A DNA stretch of 58,898 nucleotides, counting the filler, from Sphacelaria rigidula (taxonomy: Eukaryota), in NCBI GenBank assembly GCA_964200075.2. It is 4 parts of 4 records of this genome, joined end to end, with 100 filler letters (N's around TTAATTAATTAA, not from the genome) between each part and the next. Parts side by side here need not be neighbours in the genome. Positions count along the whole stretch, not along the records: positions 44,251 to 58,898 come from CAXNAA020002127.1; 3 more parts are not named here. One strand, given 5' to 3'. Made by a program: the position numbers and the translations under genes. The notes below the pieces were generated by a model that saw nothing but the letters and a program-made list of their open reading frames with translations, did not search any database and was not told the origin of the DNA. Of this stretch, positions 51,597-58,898 are shown piece after piece. Numbering within the stretch: the stretch's first letter is position 1; the number at the start of each line of letters is the position of its first letter.

Positions 51597-53092
51597 CTAA
51601 AATGCCTCGGCGTCAGCATCGCTGCACACGGACGAGTCATCCTCGTCTACCCCGTTCATTACTAGCGCAATGTCTTCCTCAGCTAGCTTGGCATCGTCCT
51701 CGTCTTTGCACTTCTCCGCGCTGTGACCCTTCTTCCCACACCTGAAACATCTTCGGTGAGGACACTCGCGCGCCCTGTGCGCGACTATTTTCCTACACAC
51801 ATGGCACCTCCACCGTGGAGGGTCGTCGCTCGAACTGCTCGACGCCGTCGATCTCGTGTCATCGCTGTCGTCACCACCTGGACCACCTTCTCCCCGACCA
51901 TCATCACCATCCTGCCTCTGACCCCGGGCCCTTCCACCGCGGCGCGAGCCGCTAGCTTTGCCCAACCGCCCCCTTGCCACCAAGGCGCCATTACTGGCGG
52001 ACCCCTTCTCGAGTAGCTTCTGGAAAGCGCTCGACTCGAACCTCCCCCTCACCACGGAAACCACTTCCTCCCTCCTCAACGGACCCTTCACTCCCTCCAA
52101 CATCTGACGTTGTACCTCATACTCGGGAAGCAGCGCATTGAGGAATTTGGACAGAATAAGGGAGTCGTTCAGATGTTTGAACTCTTCGTAACATCGCAGT
52201 CTTCGTGCTGTGCTCTCTAGTTCCACCAGTTGTACGATCGGGTCTTTGTCGACGGCTATTGTGACGTTGTCAATCTTACTTAATAACGCAAGCCTAGCCC
52301 CCTGGGTCTTTGGACTCCGTGTCTCCACGAGAGTATCCCAAGCTTCACGTGGAGAATGGACTCTAAAAAGTATGTCCTGGTCTACTTCCTCTGTGAGACT
52401 AGCGGACAAAAGGTGCCATACCCTGACGTTTGTACTCACTACATCACGCCCGTACTGTGCTTCTAGTTCTTCAATTACTACGCTCGGGTCGCCTACGTGA
52501 ATCAACTCACAATCCCCTGTAAACACCCAGTCCAGTCTCAAGTGTCGTGCATACGTAATGAAAGATTGTCGGAACCTCTCGAAGTCACCCTCCTTCCCAG
52601 TGTACTTCGGTACCTCAGGTTTAAATCCACTTGGAAACCCACCCTCATACATCCCCTGCATATTGAACCATAACTGAAATTGTGTCCACCCCTGGAGGGA
52701 GACTCACGTTCGGGGCCCCTTGCCCCTGGCGTTCCTCTTGTAGCCCCTGAGCTCGAACCATGAGGGCCTTGACTGCTCCCCCCATGGCCACGAAGGTCTG
52801 CCGCCTGCAGTCCCCCCGTGCGTTGCGGTTGATTTGTTGCTGCAGACCTCACCCCTGCTGGTCCACTGCTGACGATGACGTTTCCGCTCCTGACGCCTCC
52901 GGCTCCACCCACCCCGTTGCTGCTGATCTGCATGGTGTCCAGCCTCTGTGTCATCCGCTCCAGCAGACGGCCGAATGCCACCATCGTGTTCTCCACTTGT
53001 GCTAGACGATCGACGGTTGAAGAGGCCTGCAAGCCCCTCTCTGAACCGTTGTCCGAGGATTGCTGTTGTGAGCCGTTTCATCTTGCAGCCAT
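51597..53092 (-). pseudogene. gag: Copia-type gag (UBN2/Retrotran_gag_2-like with two CCHC zinc knuckles), disrupted
   Basis: ATG at 53092, TGA at codon 5, frameshift near 52662 into ORF 51597..52661. Contains SPREAWDTL, FLNALLPEYE, CHVCRKIVAHRAREC and CFRCGKKGHSAEKC. Confidence 0.85.
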
Positions 53093-53131
53093 CTTCGTGC
53101 GTTGAACCGTACCGGTAGGTAAATACTAGTA

Positions 53132-53401
53132 TGTTGGTTGGCTCGGTTACCCGTGAAGAGTTGTAGAGATAGTTTATTAAAGCAGGTAAGCCAGTCTGAC
53201 TGCGGTGGTGGAATGGAGTGAGATGATGTGCGAGCCACATATCTCATGTCACGAAGTCAAAACTTCACGTATGTAACGTAACGCCTAAATGCGGTGTAAC
53301 ACCCTACACGTGTACCCAACCAGATCACCACACGTCACGCCAGTCACTCTTTCGTAGATCCTTGTCGTCGACCTTCTCAAAGATACACAATTACTTCAAC
53401 A
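53132..53401 (-). repeat. LTR-A2 (5' LTR)
   Basis: Immediately upstream of gag on the minus strand; followed on the plus strand by GATGG. Confidence 0.92.
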
Positions 53402-54296
53402 GATGGGTCACCTTGGACGCGACGCTGTTGGTGATGTTCATTTGACGTTGTGGTTGGCCGTCCGTGGATGCTCGGTGGTTGGCTGCCAGTGCCATGTGCC
53501 TTCTCTCCCCCCTACTCAAATTCGCAACACTTCAAAACCGAGTACCAGAATGTTCACGGAAATTTCGGTCGACACTCATGGCCCGGGGGGGAGAAGCAGA
53601 ATTCGGGGGGATCTTACTAACAGTAGCTCGTCGTGGAGCAGAACCAAAACCTCGGGGAATCTCACTGACACCAACTCGCTGTGGGATAGGAGCAAAATCC
53701 GGGGGGACCTTACGGACACTATCTTGTTGGGGAGCAGAATCAAAACCTGGGGGAGTCTTAGTAACACTAGCTTGTTGTAGGATGGATGTAGTGTCTCTCT
53801 CAGTGGCGGCAACAGGAGTGACAACTAGAAGCTGTCCGTAGGTTGATGGCAAGCGTGTGGCAAGCTGTTCGTAGGTTGATGTAGTGCCATGTATACATTA
53901 TTTCCAGAGTGATCAGCAAGCGGCAGATCGGCAGTTGAGGTTTGATAGCGGTATATCGCATGGGAATAATTGTCGGGTGACTCTTGGTAGAGTGAGGAGT
54001 ATGGTGGTGGTGGTGCACCGGAGGAAGGATCACGGTTGGCGTGGTCTGGCGATGAAAGTTGAGATTGGTGATGGCCCTGTGGTGCGGTTGACGAGGAATA
54101 GTATTGGGATTGGTTGTGTTTTGAAGACTGTGGTGGATGGTGATTGGATGATGGAGGTGGTGTGTAATGGGGGAGGTGTTCCGCGAATGTGGTAGGCTGC
54201 GGCTGCAGCTGATGTTGGGAGGTTTGGTATTGTACTGTGTGGACGTAACCGACATCGTTGAAAGTACCGTCCTCATAGAGAAAGTTATCAACGCTC

Positions 54297-55641
54297 TCAT
54301 GGTGCTGGTGGCGGGATCAGTCTACTGAACGGTGTTGGCTTGTGGTGGATGTTTGTGGATTTGGTGTTGCGGATGCGGGTGATGGGGTTGTGATGGTGTG
54401 TGGTTGGTTGTGTAGTTGGACTGTTGGTGGTGGTGGGTTGGTTGATGTTGCTGAGGATTGGGGGTTGCTGGTCGTTGGGATGCTGCGTGTGGTACTGACG
54501 AGGAAAGCAGTTGGGACAATTAAAAGGGCAACGAATTTGGTAGGCTCTTGGACTTGGCTGGTGGACCCTACCGCGGCCCGGTCCCGAACGACTCCATGGA
54601 CTGTTTGGTCGCCATGGCTGTTGTCTCGGGGAATGCCATCCCCCTCGACCATCATGACCACTGCTGATGTACTGCTGTGAATCATGGTTGGTATGGAAAT
54701 TGGGTCGATGTGGACTAGGAGGGATGTGGTGGTTGGGCTGGTTTTGCGGATTGTGGGATCTGCGCTTCCCCCCGTTCTGCCTTTTGCCAGGTGAGCCATT
54801 GCCCCTTCCACCAGTACTTGAAGCGGAAAGTGCATGGTTCAAGGTTGTGTTCTACCTCTCTTTCAACAACTGCGGTTCTGCATACGCATTTCCTAGCTGG
54901 CGGGTTACCTCATCTATGTATATCTCTCGTGGTGCTAGTAGGTTCCTACGTTCGTGCTCGTATTCTGATGAAAGGCATCCAACAATATGCCTGTTCGCTT
55001 CCCAGTCCGAGAGAACTACATCGAATTCTTCACGCTTCATACGAATAAACTGGGCCCGCGAGAGAAAGTTCATTGGCAATTAATTCACCGTCGGCCATCT
55101 GCAACGTTTGCCAGTCGTGTTCCAACTTGGCTTTCTCTTTGGCTTCTGGAATCCTGTAGTACTGAGCGATATAATTCCAAGCTTGACTTGGGCTCGCAAG
55201 CATATCAATATGTCTCACCAACGGAGGAAAGGTCACTTTATCGAGTATTATCCTCATAGCCCTTTTGGCCTTATCGACTGCTTCGTTTCCAAAACATGCT
55301 CGTAAATCGTCCTCGTTTTCACGGTGTACCCTGATGGGGTTCTCAACTAGCAAAGCGCCATAACAGTTTTCATCCTTGAAAAAGGCACACAACTGGATGT
55401 TGAATACCTCAAACCTATCCCTGACATTGGTAGATGTGGCAGCTTTTTCATCCCAAGGTAGGATGCTTTCGTTGCTGCGAATGCGATGAGAATTGGGGGC
55501 GTGAGGGGTGTGGAACGGTGCTTGCTGTGCTGTTATAGCATGCATCACCGGTGTGTTGTTCATTCTCTGTTGCATCCTACTCAACTGTTCAGTCGAAGAG
55601 CTTACTTGTTCTTCTATCGTGGGGTGTTGACTCTCTTCCAT
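54297..55641 (-). pseudogene. gag: Copia-type gag of family B, frameshifted
   Basis: ORFs 55030..55641, 54852..55079 and 54297..54842 read as one gag: SPSQAWNYI, L..DW.TLQM..GE, PMNFLSRA, CLSSEYEHER, then a G/R/N/P-rich tail. Confidence 0.75.
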
Positions 55642-55922
55642 ATTGAAACCTAGTCAAATTATCAGCCTCGCTCAATCTGTAATCAAACCTGACAAACTTC
55701 ACACCTCTCTCAAACATTCCTCGACTTCAACCCTGCTCTTGCTCAAACTCTCCCACTTCGACTCGAACTCTCCTCTTGCTCAAGCTCTCTCCAATCTCAA
55801 ACCCTTCTGCACCGGCGGTGATTCTTATCGCAAGCGTAATCGACCGATCTGATGAGGGGTAAGCGTTCACACAGATAAAGTGGGTGAACAGCAGTCAATA
55901 CCTTGGCTCAGGCGAATAGCAA

Positions 55923-56311
55923 TGTTCCAGAACGTTCGTATTATCTCTTCACTTCACCCTGTTCACTCTCACACAATCCAATCATTTCAGTCACACAGTA
56001 ACACACGCTCAATATCCCTCTCACTTCAGTATCACTCTCACAGACTCACCACGTGCACTTATGTGAACCCCCTAGAGCAAGGCAGGCAGTTGGCACCCAG
56101 AACCCAGAACCAAGATGAAACGACTGAGGAGGGCGGTGCGCAACCAGGATGCTCGCTCTGCACACGTGATTGTACCCGCATACCCTACGTCATTATACAT
56201 GATCCCTCTGATTGGTCACCTAGTCCTCCGCAATTGCAACATGGTCCATGCTATTTGTACCGCATTATATCCTGCATCTCTGTTGCCCATGGCAGAGCGT
56301 GAGCATAGTCA
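55923..56311 (-). repeat. Probable LTR of family B (single copy)
   Basis: TG...CA-bounded segment between a purine tract and the gag leader. There is no second copy to confirm the ends. Confidence 0.45.
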
Positions 56312-57690
56312 ATTAGCCCCCCTGTTCACGGCTCAGCCATTACTTGAAAACCTATACCGTTGAAAACCGGAATAAGAAATAATAATCATCCGACACAAAA
56401 ATGGAAACAATTCAAGCCATGTTCAAACTCCATAAATATATTATATAAAAATCGTAAGTTACCCAGAAAATAATACCTATATATCATGCCGTCCAAAACC
56501 TTCATCACTCATCTCAAGTCATATTTAAAATCCAAAAATATAAGACATGAGAACTGAAGTTACCCAGGAAATATTACCTTCAGTATTTGTTGCCCCCTAA
56601 AACCTACATCACTCTCCCCTTCGCAGTAATATATTCCATGTAAATCTCAGGTCAAAAAGAGTTCATATCGTCAAATTTTCCGCCCCACTTGCTTTCGTGG
56701 CCATAGCGCTTCTGTCAAAACATTTGCCCTATTTCCACAAATTGAGAGCAAACGAAAAAATATATCAAGTAACGTTAGCATCTCGGTGATACTATAAATT
56801 GAGGTTTATCCGATCAAAGTCGAGCGGAACTACGATCGAACATAGAATACAGTTCAAAAGGATCTGGCGGAGGTTTACACGCAAAACAGAAGTCTCGAGC
56901 CTGAATGTTCAAGCATTCTAGATCTACGCCAGTTTTCCACGCAAAATGATCCTCCGCAAGTCCTAAAATGCCCAGTGAAGCATGCCACTGATCAATGACT
57001 GCAAGTCTGATGATTTATCAAATTAATCACCACTGCCAGACAGTAGTCGCATACGTGCATCCTCATATAACCTATAGGTGTCAAACCTCGAACAAAAATC
57101 ATGCAAAGTATAAACCTACTGATGAGCTGGAGATGTCAACATCTATCTCCGAACTCTATGCTCCTCCTCTGGTCAAAAGCCTCGAATCCATCTTTGCGCT
57201 CCATTCCAATCAATGTGCTCCTCCATATTTCCATGCCATTTTCTTGCCCCCCTGCTTCCTTGCCCCCCCAGCTTCCTTGCGCCCCCCACCTCAATATGAT
57301 CGACACCGCGCCATGCGTGAAACGTTTATCGCAAACAGGGTTTGTGGTGGCGGCAGCGGCAGCGGTTGTCATTGAGTTGTTGGCGATGTTGCTGGCAGAG
57401 GAGGTGGTAGTGGAGGCGATTGCGGTGTTGTCGGCGATGATAAAGGGACTGGGGATGATGATGGTTGTCGCGCGTGGTGCAACCGCGGAATTGTTGGAGC
57501 GCGAATCAACCGCGGAGTTGTAGGAGCAGGAGTAGGAAGTGTAGCTGTGGTAGTAGGTGGTAGCGGTGGTGATGCGGCAACGGGGAAGGGTGACGATAAT
57601 GTCGGTATGTCGGCGGCGTTGGCGACGTGATCAATGTTGCTTCCCCCCCCCCCGCCGTCGAGCGACGCCGCTGTGTGAAGTTGCTGATGG

Positions 57691-58830
57691 TGTTGGTTGG
57701 CTCGGTTACCCGTGAAGAGTTGTAGAGATAGTTTATTAAAGCAGGTGAGCCAGTCTGACTGCGGTGGTGGAATGGAGTGAGATGATGTGCGAGCCACATA
57801 TCTCATGTCACGAAGTCAAGACTTCACGTATGTAACGTAACGCCTAAACGCGGTGTAACACCCTACACGTGTACCCAACCAGATCACCACACGTCACGCC
57901 AGTCACTCCTTCGTAGATCCTTGTCGTAGACCTTCTCAAAGATACACAATTACTTCAACATCCCCCCTAATCTGTAATCTTTGGACTCAATGTATCATGA
58001 GCAAATAATGGAACTTGCCCATGCAAAAAGGGATCTTTTCCTTCTCTTACTCACGTGTATATAATCGGAACAATTAGACGCAAAAACAAATCAGTCGCAT
58101 ACTCCTACTCAACACACAATCTCGACCCAGTTGGGGAGATAAGCAACTGCAAACATATCATCTCAACCCGACCTAGCCCGGCTGGGGAGATAACACACAG
58201 CTCGAACATTCTGAAGGCACGTGCCGAGGCGATCCTCGAGGCATCAGAGGTGAGCGTCCGCTGATTCAAAAACTCAGCGGAAGAATCAGGAGAAGAGGTC
58301 CGCTCCTGCTCCCGATCCAAAAACAATCGTGAAACATTCTGCACTCTCATAGTCACTTCCAAGATTCAATCTCTCATCCACAAAAAAATATGTTATGCTA
58401 TTTCCACGTACTGATAGTCCATCGAACTTTCATTCCAACCCATAGTGAATTTTCTTTCAAAAAATAGATGAAAAAACAAACAAACAGCACGCATCTGTAG
58501 TACTCTCACGCTACGTCAGACGGTAGCAGAAAACTCAGAACAGAAAAAGATACAGTTTTACTGCACCCCGTATCATGTCCTACTGTTCACCATATCCTGC
58601 TGTACTGCAACCGAAGCTAATTTCCCTCCTGTCATGCATACTTTACCACAGTCAACACCGCTACTGTATACCCAGGCAACATCGCTACTGCCTACACATT
58701 CAACATCCCCCACCCTTTTTCGTTCCTCAAAAACAAGGAAAAGGATTTGTGTAGCCCCGGTCTCCCGCGCAGTATGCAGACAACCTTCACCATCAAAATC
58801 ATCCGCTCAGAAACTATAATCCCAGCATTT
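57691..58830 (-). mobile_element. Second family A copy (3' LTR, PPT and 3' internal region), truncated
   Basis: LTR-A3 at 57691-57960, then sequence collinear with 49656-~50505; preceded by GATGG. Confidence 0.9.
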
Positions 58831-58898
58831 AACAGCAAATTGTGCGAATTGAGGTTTACCTTTGAGATGAGGCTCAAGCCTAAAACAGTGCTTTCCCC
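58831..58898. repeat. Dispersed repeat, inverted copy of contig start 44251-44316
   Basis: AAATTGTGCG.ATTGAGGTTTA....GAGATGAGG.TCAAGCCTAAAACAGTGCTTTC; a partial third copy lies at ~9457-9505. Confidence 0.8.

Larger units (their letters stand above)
49386..53401 (-). mobile_element. gag-only Copia-type LTR retroelement, family A (4016 bp; likely a recombinant of two insertions)
   Basis: 270-bp TG...CA LTRs at 49386-49655 and 53132-53401; PPT (GATTAGGGGGGA on minus) next to the left LTR; gag present; no recognisable IN/RT/RH frame. Flanks AAGAG vs GATGG do not match. Confidence 0.88.
53402..57690 (-). mobile_element. Circularly permuted Copia-type element, family B, with one central LTR
   Basis: Order on the minus strand: internal 3' part (57690-56312, with ANVLTEAL RNase-H-end-like relic ~56725 and PPT CAGGGGGG), LTR-like 56311-55923, leader, gag. 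GATGG occurs at both ends. Confidence 0.7.

Noticed and set aside
53002-53247. Repeated ORFs MRYVARTSSHS.../MWLAHHLTPF... (also 57369..57806)
   Set aside because: Chance frames starting inside LTR-A; repeated only because the LTR is repeated.

Overview
This is eukaryotic genomic DNA, not prokaryotic. Long GT-AG introns and the repeat content suggest a stramenopile, probably a brown alga; that assignment is inference only. The window is four pieces joined by artificial 100-bp linkers (44N-TTAATTAATTAA-44N). The pieces are 14651, 14650, 14649 and 14648 bp long, so they are length-sorted contigs with no evidence of linkage. Contig 1 holds the 3' four exons of an intron-containing PqqB-like metallo-beta-lactamase-fold gene (minus strand), a tRNA-derived SINE, hAT-type non-autonomous elements and decayed coding relics. 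Contig 2 holds eight exons of an INCENP-like gene (plus strand, complete IN-box and stop codon) and the 5' end of a probable LTR retroelement. Contig 3 holds eight internal exons of a copine (C2-C2-vWA, minus strand); its introns contain piggyBac-like MITEs, fold-back elements, a SINE and microsatellites. Contig 4 is almost all mobile DNA: a 1.8-kb hAT element with a perfect 8-bp TSD, a disrupted ORF1-like frame, and gag-only Copia-type LTR elements. The most unusual structure is in contig 4. A circularly permuted single-LTR retroelement sits between two sister LTRs of another element whose 5-bp TSDs face inward, as expected if an excised retroelement circle re-integrated by homologous recombination. 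No CRISPR array, rRNA or true tRNA gene was found. Exon boundaries and mismatch counts were read by eye.
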